64,000 nucleotides of DNA from Eledone cirrhosa (Eukaryota), in assembly GCA_964016885.1 (NCBI GenBank), contig OZ024740.1, positions 436,294,001 through 436,358,000 on the forward strand, written 5' to 3'. The translations under genes and the position numbers were made by a program. Positions 40,679 through 53,500 of this stretch are shown here, in pieces. Within the stretch, counting starts at the first letter, position 1. Each line of letters starts with the position of its first letter. Below the pieces are notes generated by a model that saw nothing but the letters and a program-made list of their open reading frames with translations, had not been told where the DNA came from and did no database searches.

Positions 40679-41500
40679 AATACAACTGATAGAAGAGATT
40701 GTTTTTTCCTGGAATTTATCTATGAAGCAGGCATTTCGGTGTAGAGTTTAAATATACCCAAGGGAGAAAGAAATGTTGATTAAAACTTGCAGTTATATGA
40801 TGATATAGGGGATGGTCGGGTTGTAGTCATAGTTTGGATAAAAATAAACGCTGATATAGAGGCAGTGATACATTAGGGAGAAGATTGTATTGCCTGGTGT
40901 TTAATTCATACTGTGGAAAGTGAGATTTTTGCATACACAAGAGAGATGGGAAATATACCATGAGAATAAACGAAAGTATTCCTAGTTTAAATAGAGACAA
41001 AATAGCTCTTTAGGGATGGTAGAACTTATTAAATCAGGACTATACATAAAGAAAACATAATTATATTGAAAGTAATTACGGAGCAACATTTTGCAAATAT
41101 TTCGTTTAGCTGACTTTTGATTATTTCCATAAGTCAGGAAGAGGTGGCGTAGTGTTGTCTTAATTTATGGTGAAGGTCATAACACAGTTCATTTTACCGT
41201 CCATTTTTTTATCGAACCACGATTCCTAATGTCTTCTTTCCTATCTTCTCAACCTTCTTTTTCTTCGTCGATCTTTTACATGGTTGGAAGAATTAAAATG
41301 TAGTTCTGATGCTCTGGTTGGTCTCATTTGTGGATCATTCCAAATCAATTGAGACGGTTTCTTCCAATAGAAACCTCTGGAAGACCTGTCTAATGACTCT
41401 GAGTTTTATTGATAATTGAATGTTGCCAATAAAACATGAGATATTTTTAGATGTTTCTTTTTTAATCTAGCAGTATTCATATCTTTTTCATGTCCTCAAT
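40679..41500. other. AT-rich, locally unique sequence, unassigned
   Basis: No tandem structure, no convincing ORF and no motif I can recognise. Confidence 0.6.
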
Positions 41501-41513
41501 ACATACATATATA

Positions 41514-44500
41514 CAGATGTGGGAGCAGTGTCATTGTCTCAGATGTGCGAGCAGTGTCATTGTCTCAGATGTGAGAGCAGTGTCATTGTCTCAGATGTGA
41601 GAGCAGTGTCATTGTCTCAGATGTGGGAGCAGTGTCATTGTCTCAGATGTGGGATCAGTGTCATTGTCTCAGATGTGAGAGGAGTGTCATTGTCTCAGAT
41701 GTGAAAGCAGTGTCATTGTCTCAGATGTGGGAGCAGTGTCATTGTCTCAGATGTGGGAGCAGTGTCATTGTCTCAGATGTGAGAGCAGTGTCATTGTCTC
41801 AGATGTGAGAGCAGTGTCATTGTCTCAGATGTGAGAACAGTGTCATTGTCTCAGATGTGAGAGCAGTGTCATTGTCTCAGATGTGGGAGCAGTGTCATTG
41901 TCTCAGATGTGGGAGCAGTGTCATTGTCTCAGATGTGGGAGCAGTGTCATTGTCTCAGATGTGAGAGCAGTGTCATTGTCTCAGATGTGAGAGCAGTGTC
42001 ATTGTCTCAGATGTGAGAGCAGTGTCATTGTCTCAGATGTGAGAGCAGTGTCATTGTCTCAGATGTGGGAGCAGTGTCATTGTCTCAGATGTGGGAGCAG
42101 TGTCATTGTCTCAGATGTGGGAGCAGTGTCATTGTCTCAGATGTGAGAGCAGTGTCATTGTCTCAGATGTGAGAGCAGTGTCATTGTCTCAGATGTGAGA
42201 GCAGTGTCATTGTCTCAGATGTGAGAGCAGTGTCATTGTCTCAGATGTTAGAGCAGTGTCATTGTCTCAGATGTGGGAGCAGTGTCATTGTCTCAGATGT
42301 GAGAGCAGTGTCATTGTCTCAGATGTGGGAGCAGTGTCATTGTCTCAGATGTGAGAGCAGTATCATTGTCTCAGATGTGGGAGCAGTGTCATTGTCTCAG
42401 ATGTGGGAGCAGTGTCATTGTCTCAGATGTGAGAGCAGTGTCATTGTCTCAGATGTGAGAGCAGTGTCATTGTCTCAGATGTGAGAGCAGTGTCATTGTT
42501 TCAGATGTGGGAGCAGTGTCATTGTCTCAGATGTGAGAGCAGTATCATTGTCTCAGATGTGGGAGCAGTGTCATTGTCTCAGATGTGGGAGCAGTGTCAT
42601 TGTCTCAGATGTGAGAGCAGTGTCATTGTCTCAGATGTGGGAGCAGTATCATTCTCTCAGATGTGAGAGCAGTGTCACTGTCTCAGATGTGAGAGCAGTG
42701 TCATTGTCTCAGATGTGAGAACAGTGTCACTGTCTCAGATGTGAGAGCAGTGTCATTGTCTCAGATGTGGGAGCAGTGTCATTGTCTCAGATGTGAGAGC
42801 AGTGTCATTGTCTCAGATGTGAGAGCAGTGTCATTGTCTCATATGTGGGAGCAGTGTCATTGTCTCAGATCTGAGAGCAGTGTCATTGTCTCAGATGTGA
42901 GAGCAGTGTGATTGTCTCAGATGTGATAGCAGTGTCATTGTCTCAGATCTGAGAGCAGTGTCATTGTCTCAGATGTGAGAGCAGTGTCATTGTCTCAGAT
43001 GTGAGAGCAGTGTGATTGTCTCAGATGTGAGAGCAGTGTCATTGTCTCAGATGTGGGAGCAGTGTCATTGTCGCAGATGTGAGAGCAGTGTCATTGTCTC
43101 AGATGTGGGAGCAGTGTCATTGTCTCAGATGTGAGAGCAGTGTCATTGTCTCAGATGTGAGAGCAGTGTCATTGTCTCAGATGTGGGAGCAGTGTCATTG
43201 TCTCAGATGTGAGAGCAGTGTCATAGTCTCAGATGTGGGAGCAGTGTCATTGTCTCAGATGTGGGAGCAGTGTCATTGTCTCAGATGTGAGAGCAGTATC
43301 ATTGTCTCAGATGTGGGAGCAGTGTCATTGTCTCAGATGTGTAAGCAGAGTCATTGGCTCAGATGTGAGAGCAGTGTCATTGTCTCAGATGTGAGGGCAG
43401 TGTCATTGTTTCAGATGTAAGACCAGTGTCATTGTCACAGATGAGAGAGCAGTGTCATTGTCTCAGATGTGAGATCAGTGTCATTGTCTCAGATATGAGA
43501 GCAGTGTCATTGTCGCAGATGTGGGAGCAGTGTCATTGTCTCAGATATGAGAGCAGTGTCATTGTCTCAGATGTTAGAGCAGTGTCATTGTCTCAGATTT
43601 GAGAGCAGTGTAATTGTCTCAGATGTGGGAGCAATGTCATTGTCTCAGATGTGAGAGCAGTGTCATTGTCTCAGATGTGAGAGCAGTGTCATTGTCTCAG
43701 ATGTGGGAGCAGTGTCATTGTCTCAGATGTGAGAGCAGTGTCATTGTCTCAGATGTGGGATCAGTGTCATTGTCTCAGATGTGGGAGCAGTGACACTGTC
43801 TCAGATATGGGAGCAGTGTCATTGTCTCAGATGTGAGAGCAGTGTCATTGTCTCAGATGTGAGAGCAGTGTCATTGTCTCAGATGTGAGAGCAGTGTCAT
43901 TGTCTCATATTTGAGAGCAGTGTCATTATCTCAGATGTGAGAGCAGTGTCATTGTCTCAGATGTAGGAGCAGTGTCATTGTCTCAGATGTGGGAGCAGTG
44001 TCATTGTCTCAGATGTGGGAGCAGTGTCATTGTCTCAGATGTGGTAGCAGTGTCATTGTCTAAGGTGTGAGAGCAGTGTCATTGTCTCAGATGTGGGAGC
44101 AGTGTCATTGTCTCAGATGTGAGAGCAGTGTCTTTGTCTCAGATGTGAGAGCAGTATCATTGTCTTAGATGTGGGAAAAGTGTCATTGTCTCAGATGTGA
44201 GAGCAGTGTCATTGTCTCGGATGTGAGAGCAGTGATATTGTCTCAGATGTGGGAGCAGTGTCATTGTCTCAGATGTTAGAGCAGTCAGTGTCATTGTTTC
44301 AGATGTGAGAGCAGTGTATTTGTCTCAGATGTGAGAGCAGTGTCATTGTCTCAGATGTGAGAGCAGTGTCATTGTCTCAGATGTGGGAGCAGTGTCATTG
44401 TCTCAGATGTGAGAGCAGTGTCATTGTCTCGGATGTGAGAGCAGTGTTATTGTCTCAGATGTGGGAGCAGTGTCATTGTCTCAGATGTTAGAGCAGTCAG

Positions 44501-47500
44501 TGTCATTGTCTCAGATGTGAGAGCAGTGTATTTGTCTCAGATGTGAGAGCAGTGTCATTGTCTTAGATGTGGGAGCAGTGTCATTGTCTCAGATGTGACA
44601 GCAGTGTCATTGTCTCAGATGTGGGAGCAGTGTCATTGTCTCAGATGTGGTAGCAGTTTCATTGTCTCAGATGTGAGAGCAGTGTCATTGTCTCAGATGT
44701 GGGAGCAGTGTCATTGTCTCAGATGTGAGAGCAGTGTCATTGTCTCAGATGTGGGAGCAGTGACATTGTCTCAGATGTGGGAGCAGTGTCATTGTCTCAG
44801 ATGTGAGAGCAGTGTCATTGTCTCAGATGTGAGAGCAGTGTCATTGTCTCAGATGTGAGAGCAGTGTCATTCTCTCAGATTTGAGAGCAGTGTCATTATC
44901 TCAGATGTGAGAGCAGTGTCATTGTCTCAGATGTAGGAGCAGTGTCATTGTATCAGATGTGGGAGCAGTGTCATTGTCTCAGATGTGAGAGCAGTGTCAT
45001 TGTCTCAGATGTGAGAGCAGTGTCATTGTCTCAGATGTGGGAGCAGTGACATTGTCTCATATGTGGGAGCAGTGTCATTGTCTCAGATGTGAGAGCAGTG
45101 TCATTGTCTCAGATGTGAGAGCAGTGTCATTGTCTCAGATGTGAGAGCAGTGTCATTCTCTCAGATTTGAGAGCAGTGTCATTATCTCAGATGTGAGAGC
45201 AGTGTCATTGTCTCAGATGTAGGAGCAGTGTCATTGTCTCAGATGTGGGAGCAGTGTCATTGTCTCAGATGTGAGAGCAGTGTCATTGTCTCAGATGTGA
45301 GAGCAGTGTCATTGTCTCATATGTGGGAGCAGTGTCATGGTCTCAGATCTGAGAGCAGTGTCATTGTCTCAGATGTGAGAGCAGTGTGATTGTCTCATAT
45401 GTGGGAGCAGTGTCATTGTCTCAGATCTGAGAACAGTGTCATTGTCTCAGATGTGAGAGCAGTGTCATTGTCTCAGATGTTAGAGCAGTGTCATTGTATC
45501 ATATGTGGGAGCAGTGTCATTGTCTCAGATCTGAGAGCAGTGTCATTGTCTCAGATATGGGAGCAGTGTCATTGTCTCAGATGTGAGAGCAGCGTCATTG
45601 TCTCAGATGTGAGAGCAGTGTCATTGTCTCAGGTGTGAGAGCAGTGTCATTGTCTCAGATGTGAGATAAGTGTCATTGTCTCAGATGTGGGAGTAGTGTC
45701 ATTGTCTCAGATGTGAGAGCAGCGTCATTGTCTCAGATATGAGAGCAGTGTCATTGTCTCAGATGTTAGAGCAGTGTCATTGTCTCACATTTGAGAGCAG
45801 TGTCATTGTCTCAGATGTGAGAGCAGTGTCATTGTCTCAGATGTGAGAGCAGTGTCATTGTCTCAGATGTGGGAGCAGTGTCATTGTCTCAGATATGGTA
45901 GCAGTGTCATTGTCTCAGATGTGAGAGCAGTGTCATTGTCTCAGATGTGAGAGCAGTGTCATTGTCTCAGATGTGAGAGAAGTGTCATTGTCTCAGATGT
46001 GGGAGCAGTGTCATTGTCTCAGATGTGAGAGCAGTGTCATTGTCTCAGATGTGGGAGCAGTGTCATTGTCTCAGATGTGGTAGCAGTGTCATTGTCTCAG
46101 ATGTGAGAGCAGTGTCATTTTTTCAGATGTGAGAGCAGTGTCATTGTCTCAGATGTGGGAGCAGTGTCATTGTCTCAGATGTGAGAACAGTGTCATTGTC
46201 TCAGATGTGAGAGCAGTGTCATTGTCTCAGATGTGAGAGCAGTGTCATTGTCTCAAGTGTGAGAACAGTGTGATTGTCTCAGATGTGAGAGCAGTGACAT
46301 TGTCTCAGATGTGGGAGCAGTGTCATTGTCTCAGATGTGAGAGCAGTGTCTTTGTCTCAGATGTAAGAGCAGTGTCATTGTCTAAGATGTGGGAGCTGTG
46401 TCATTGTTTCAGATTTGAGAGTAGTGTCATTGTCTCAGATGTGGGAACAGTGTCATTGTCTCATTTGTGGGAGCAGAGTCATTGTCTCAGATGTGGGAGC
46501 AGTTTTATTGTCTCAGTTGTGAGAGCAGTGTCATCGTCTCAGATGTGGGAGCAGTGTCATTGTCTCAGATGTGAGAGCAGTGTCATTGTCTCAGATGTGG
46601 GAGCAGTGTCATTGTCTCAGATGTGAGAGCAGTGTCATTGTCTCGGATGTGAGAGCAGTGTCATTGTCTTAGATGTGGGAGCAGTGTCTTTGTCTCAGAT
46701 GTGAGAGCAGTGTCATAGTCTTAGATGTGGGAGCAGTGTCTTTGTCTCAGATGTGAGAGCAGTGTCATTGTCTTAGATGTGGGAGCAGTGTCATTGTCTC
46801 AGATGTGAGAGCGGTGTCATTATCTCGGATGTGTGAGCAGTGTTATTGTCTCAGATGTGGGAGCAGTGTCATTGTCTCAGATGTTAGAGCAGTCAGTGTC
46901 ATTGTCTCAGATGTGAGAGCAGTGTATTTGTCTCAGATGTGAGAGCAGTGTCATTGTCTTAGATGTGGGAGCAGTGTCATTGTCTCAGATGTGAGAGCAG
47001 TGTCATTGTCTCAGATGTGGGAGCAGTGTCATTGTCTCAGATGTGGTAGCAGTTTCATTGTCTCAGATGTGAGAGCAGTGTCATTGTCTCAGATGTGGGA
47101 GCAGTGTCATTGTCTCAGATGTGAGAGCAGTGTCATTGTCTCAGATGTGGGAGCAGTGACATTGTCTCAGATGTGGGAGCAGTGTCATTGTCTCAGATGT
47201 GAGAGCAGTGTCATTGTCTCAGATGTGAGAGCAGTGTCATTGTCTCAGATGTGAGAGCAGTGTCATTCTCTCAGATTTGAGAGCAGTGTCATTATCTCAG
47301 ATGTGAGAGCAGTGTCATTGTCTCAGATGTAGGAGCAGTGTCATTGTCTCAGATGTGGGAGCAGTGTCATTGTCTCAGATGTAGGAGCAGTGTCATTGTC
47401 TCAGATGTGGGAGCAATGTCATTGTCTCAGATGTGAGAGCAGTGTCATTGTCTCAGATGTGAGAGCAGTGTCATTGTCTCAGATGTGAGAGCAGTGTCAT

Positions 47501-50500
47501 TGTCTCAAATGTGAGAACAGGGTCATTATCTCAGATGTGAGAGCAGTGTCATTGTCTCAGATGTAGGAGCAGTGTCATTGTCTCAGATGTGAGAGCAGTG
47601 TCATTGTCTCAGATGTAGGAGCAGTGTCATTGTCTCAGATGTGGGAGCAGTGTCATTGTCTCAGCTGTGAGAGCAGTGTCATTGTCTCTGATGTGAGAGC
47701 AGTGTCATTGTCTCAGATGTGGGAGCAGTGTCATAGTCTCAGATGTGAGAGCAGTGTCATTGTCTCAGATGTGATAGCAGTGTCATTGTCTCAGATGTGG
47801 GAGCAGTGTCATTGTCTCAGATATGGTAGCAGTGTCATAGTCTCAGATGTGAGAGCAGAGTCATTGTCTCAGATGTGAGAGCAGTGTCATTGTCTCAGAT
47901 GAGAGAAGTGTCATTGTCTCAGATGTGGGAGCAGTGTCATTGTCTCAGATATGGTAGCAGTGTCATTGTCTCAGATGTGAGAGCAGAGTCATTGTCTCAG
48001 ATGTGAGAGCAGTATCATTGTCTCAGATGTGAGAGAAGTGTCATTGTCTCAGATGTGGGAGCAGTGTCATTGTCTCAGATGTGAGAGCAGTGTCATTGTC
48101 TCAGATGTGGGAGCAGTGTCATTGTCTCAGATGTGGTAGCAGTGTCATTGTCTCAGATGTGAGAGCAGTGTCATTTTTTCAGATGTTAGAGCAGTGTCAT
48201 TGTCTCAGATGTGGGAGCAGTGTCATTGTCTCAGATGTGAGAACAGTGTCATTGTCTCAGATGTGAGAGCAGTGTCATTGTCTCAGATATGGGAGCAGTG
48301 TCATTGTCTCAGATGTGAGAGCAGTGTCATTGTCTCAAGTGTGAGAACAGTGTGATTGTCTCAGATGTGAGACCAGTGACATTGTCTCAGATGTGGGAGC
48401 AGTGTCATTGTCTCAGATGTGAGAGCAGTGTCTTTGTCTCAGATGTAAGAGCAATGTCATTGTCTTAGATGTGGGAGCTGTGTCATTGTTTCAGATTTGA
48501 GAGTAGTGTCATTGTCTCAGATGTGTGAGCAGTGTCATTGTCTCATTTGAGGGAGCAGAGTCATTGTCTCAGATGTGGGAGCAGTTTTATTGTCTCAGTT
48601 GTGAGAGCAGTGTCATCGTCTCAGATGTGGGAGCAGTGTCATTGTCTCAGATGTGAGAGCAGTGTCACTGTCTCAGATGTGGGAGCAGTGTCATTGTCTC
48701 AGATGTGAGAGCAGTGTCATTGTCTCGGATGTGAGAGCAGTGTCATTGTCTTAGATGTGGGAGCAGTGTCTTTGTCTCAGATGTGAGAGCAGTGTCATTG
48801 TCTTAGATGTGGGAGCAGTGTCTTTGTCTCAGATGTGAGAGCAGTGTCATTGTCTTAGATGTGGGAGCAGTGTCATTGTCTCAGATGTGAGAGCAGTGTC
48901 ATTGTCTCGGATGTGAGAGCAGTGTTATTGTCTCAGATGTGGGAGCAGTGTCATTGTCTCAGATGTTAGAGCAGTCAGTGTCATTGTCTCAGATGTGAGA
49001 GCAGTGTATTTGTCTCAGATGTGAGAGCAGTGTCATTGTCTTAGATGTGGGAGCAGTGTCATTGTCTCAGATGTGAGAGCAGTGTCATTGTCTCAGATGT
49101 GGGAGCAGTGTCATTATCTCAGATGTGGTAGCAGTTTCATTGTCTCAGATGTGAGAGCAGTGTCATTGTCTCAGATGTGGAGCAGTGTCATTGTCTCAGA
49201 TGTGAGAGCAGTGTCATTGTCTCAGATGTGGGAGCAGTGACATTGTCTTAGATGTGGGAGCAGTGTCATTGTCTCAGATGTGAGAGCAGTGTCATTGTCT
49301 CAGATGTGAGAGCAGTGTCATTGTCTCAGATGTGAGAGCAGTGTCATTCTCTCAGATTTGAGAGCAGTGTCATTATCTCAGATGTGAGAGCAGTGTCATT
49401 GTCTTAGATGTAGGAGCAGTGTCATTGTCTCAGATGTGGGAGCAGTGTCATTGTCTCAGATGTAGGAGCAGTGTCATTGTCTCAGATGTGGGAGCAATGT
49501 CATTGTCTCAGATGTGAGAGCAGTGTCATTGTCTCAGATGTGAGAGCAGTGTCATTGTCTCAGATGTGAGAGCAGTGTCATTGTCTCAAATGTGAGAACA
49601 GGGTCATTATCTCAGATGTGAGAGCAGTGTCATTGTCTCAGATGTAGGAGCAGTGTCATTGTCTCAGATGTGAGAGCAGTGTCATTGTCTCAGATGTAGG
49701 AGCAGTGTCATTGTCTCAGATGTGGGAGCAGTGTCATTGTCTCAGCTGTGAGAGCAGTGTCATTGTCTCTGATGTGAGAGCAGTGTCATTGTCTCAGATG
49801 TGGGAGCAGTGTCATAGTCTCAGATGTGAGAGCAGTGTCATTGTCTCAGATGTGAGAGCAGTGTCATTGTCTCAGATGTGGGAGCAGTGTCATTGTCTCA
49901 GATATGGTAGCAGTGTCATTGTCTCAGATGTGAGAGCAGAGTCATTGTCTCAGATGTGAGAGCAGTGTCATTGTCTCAGATGAGAGAGAAGTGTCATTGT
50001 CTCAGATGTGGGAGCAGTGTCATTGTCTCAGATGTGAGAGCAGTGTCATTGTCTCAGATGTGGGAGCAGTGTCATTGTCTCAGGTGTGGTAGCAGTATCA
50101 TTGTCTCAGATGTGAGAGCAGTGTCATTGTCTCAGATATGGGAGCAGTGTCATTGTCTCAGATGTGAGAGCAGTGTCATTGTCTCAAATGTGAGAACAGT
50201 GTGATTGTCTCAGATGTGAGAGCAGTGACATTGTCTCAGATGTGGGAGCAGTGTCATTGTCTCAGATGTGAGAGCAGTGTCTTTGTCTTAGATGTGAGAG
50301 CAGTGTCATTGTTTCAGATTTGAGAGTAGTGTCATTGTCTCAGATGTAGGAGCAGTGTCATTGTCTCATATGTGGGAGCAGAGTCATTGTCTCAGATGTG
50401 GGGGCAGTGTTATTGTCTCAGTTGTGAGAGCAATGTCATCGTCTCAGATGTGGGAGCAGTGTCATTGTCTCAGATGTGAGAGCAGTGTCATTGTCTTAGA

Positions 50501-53500
50501 TGTGGGAGCAGTGTCATTGTCTCAGATGTGAGAGCAGTGTCATTGTCTCGGATGTGAGAGCAGTGTTATTGTCTCAGATGTGGGAGCAGTGTCATTGTCT
50601 CAGATGTTAGAGCAGTCAGTGTCATTGTCTCAGATGTGAGAGCAGTGTATTTGTCTCAGATGTGAGAGCAGTGTCATTGTGTTAGATGTGGGAGCAGTGT
50701 CATTGTCTCAGATGTGAGAGCAGTGTCATTGTCTCAGATGTGGGAGCAGTGTCATTGTCTCAGATGTGGTAGCAGTTTCATTGTCTCAGATGTGAGAGCA
50801 GTGTCATTGTCTCAGATGTGGGAGCAGTGTCATTGTCTCAGATGTGAGAGCAGTGTCATTGTCTCAGATGTGGGAGCAGTGACATTGTCTCAGATGTGGG
50901 AGCAGTGTCATTGTCTCAGATGTGAGAGCAGTGTCATTGTCTCAGATGTGAGAGCAGTGTCATTGTCTCAGATGTGAGAGCAGTGTCATTCTCTCAGATT
51001 TGAGAGCAGTGTCAGTATCTCAGATGTGTGAGCAGTGTCATTGTCTCAGATGTAGGAGCATTGTCATTGTCTCAGATGTAGGAGCAGTGTCATTGTCTCA
51101 GATGTAGGAGCAGTGTCATTGTCTCAGATGTGGGAGCAGTGTCATTGTCTCAGATGTGAGAGCAGTGTCATTGTCTCAGATGTGAGAGCAGTGTCATTGT
51201 CTCAGATGTGAGAGCAGTGTCATTGTCTCAGATATGGGAGCAGTGTCATTGTCTCAGATGTGAGAGCAGTGTCATTGTCTCAAATGTGAGAACGGTGTGA
51301 TTGTCTCAGATGTGAGAGCAGTGTCATTATCTCAGATGTGAGAGCAGTGTCATTGTCTCAGATGTAGGAGCAGTGTCATTGTCTCAGATGTGGGAGCAAT
51401 GTCATTGTCTCAGATGTGAGAGCAGTGTCATTGTCTCAGATGTGAGGGCAGTGTCATTGTCTCAGATGTGAGAGCAGTGTCATTGTCTTAAATGTGAGAA
51501 CAGGGTCATTATCTCAGATGTGAGAGCAGTGTCATTGTCTCAGATGTAGGAGCAGTGTCATTGTCTCAGATGTGGGAGCAGTGTCATTGTCTCAGCTGTG
51601 AGAGCAGTGTCATTGTCTCTGATGTGAGAGCAGTATCATTGTCTCAGATGTGGGAGCAGTGTCATAGTCTCAGATGTGAGAGCAGTGTCATTGTCTCAGA
51701 TGTGAGAGCAGTGTCATTGTCTCAGATGTGGGAGCAGTGTCATTGTCTCAGATATGGTAGCAGTGTCATTGTCTCAGATGTGAGAGCAGAGTCATTGTCT
51801 CAGATGTGAGAGCAGTGTCATTGTCTCAGATGAGAGAGAAGTGTCATTGTCTCAGATGTGGGAGCAGTGTCATTGTCTCAGATGTGAGAGCAGTGTCATT
51901 GTCTCAGATGTGGGAGCAGTGTCATTGTCTCAGGTGTGGTAGCAGTATCATTGTCTCAGATGTGAGAGCAGTGTCATTGTCTCAGATATGGGAGCAGTGT
52001 CATTGTCTCAGATGTGAGAGCAGTGTCATTGTCTCAAATGTGAGAACAGTGTGATTGTCTCACATGTGAGAGCAGTGACATTGTCTCAGATGTGGGAGCA
52101 GTGTCATTGTTTCAGATGTGAGAGCAGTGTCTTTGTCTCAGATGTGAGAGCAGTGTCATTGTCTCAGATGTGGGAGCAGTGTCATTGTCTCAGATGTGGT
52201 AGAAGTTTTATTGTCTCAGATGTGAGAGCAGTGTCATTGTCTCAGATGTGGGAGCAGTGTCATTGTCTCAGATGTGAGAGCAGTGTCATTGTCTCAGATG
52301 TGGGAGCAGTGACATTGTCTCAGATGTGGGAGCAGTGTCATTGTCTCAGATGTGAGAGCAGTGTCATTGTCTCAGATGTGAGAGCAGTGTCATTGTCTCA
52401 GATGTGAGAGCAGTGTCATTCTCTTAGATTTGAGAGCAGTGTCAGTATCTCAGATGTGAGAGCAGTGTCATTGTCTCAGATGTAGGAGCATTGTCATTGT
52501 CTCAGATGTGGGAGCAGTGTCATTGTCTCAGATGTAAGAGCAGTGTCATTGTCTCAGATGTGGGAGCAGTGTCATTGTCTCAGATGTGAGAGCAGTGTCA
52601 TTGTCTCAGATGTGAGAGCAGTGTCATTGTCTCAGATGTGAGAGCAGTGTCATTGTCTCAGATATGGGAGCAGTGTCATTGTCTCAGATGTGAGAGCAGT
52701 GTCATTGTCTCAAATGTGAGAACGGTGTGATTGTCTCAGATGTGAGAGCAGTGTCATTATCTCAGATGTGAGAGCAGTGTCATTGTCTCAGATGTAGGAG
52801 CAGTGTCATTGTCTCAGATGTGGGAGCAATGTCATTGTCTCAGATGTGAGAGCAGTGTCATTGTCTCAGATGTGAGAGCAGTGTCATTGTCTCAGATGTG
52901 AGAGCAGTGTCATTGTCTCAAATGTGAGAACAGGGTCATTATCTCAGATGTGAGAGCAGTGTCATTGTCTCAGATGTAGGAGCAGTGTCATTGTCTCAGA
53001 TGTGGGAGCAGTGTCATTGTCTCAGCTGTGAGAGCAGTGTCATTGTCTCTGATGTGAGAGCAGTGTCATTGTCTCAGATGTGGGAGCAGTGTCATAGTCT
53101 CAGATGTGAGAGCAGTGTCATTGTCTCAGATGTGAGAGCAGTGTCATTGTCTCAGATGTGGGAGCAATGTCATTGTCTCAGATATGGTAGCAGTGTCATT
53201 GTCTCAGATGTGAGAGCAGAGTCATTGTCTCAGATGTGAGAGCAGTGTCATTGTCTCAGATGAGAGAGAAGTGTCATTGTCTCAGATGTGGGAGCAGTGT
53301 CATTGTCTCAGATGTGAGAGCAGTGTCATTGTCTCAGATGTGGGAGCAGTGTCATTGTCTCAGGTGTGGTAGCAGTATCATTGTCTCAGATGTGAGAGCA
53401 GTGTCATTGTCTCAGATATGGGAGCAGTGTCATTGTCTCAGATGTGAGAGCAGTGTCATTGTCTCAAATGTGAGAACAGTGTGATTGTCTCAGATGTGAG

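Noticed and set aside
38340-40751. Other short ORFs in the island (YIHT/MYVC repeats, 40527-40751 with CPICC)
   Set aside because: They are translations of ACAT microsatellites or antisense/off-frame readings of the retroelements and SINE.
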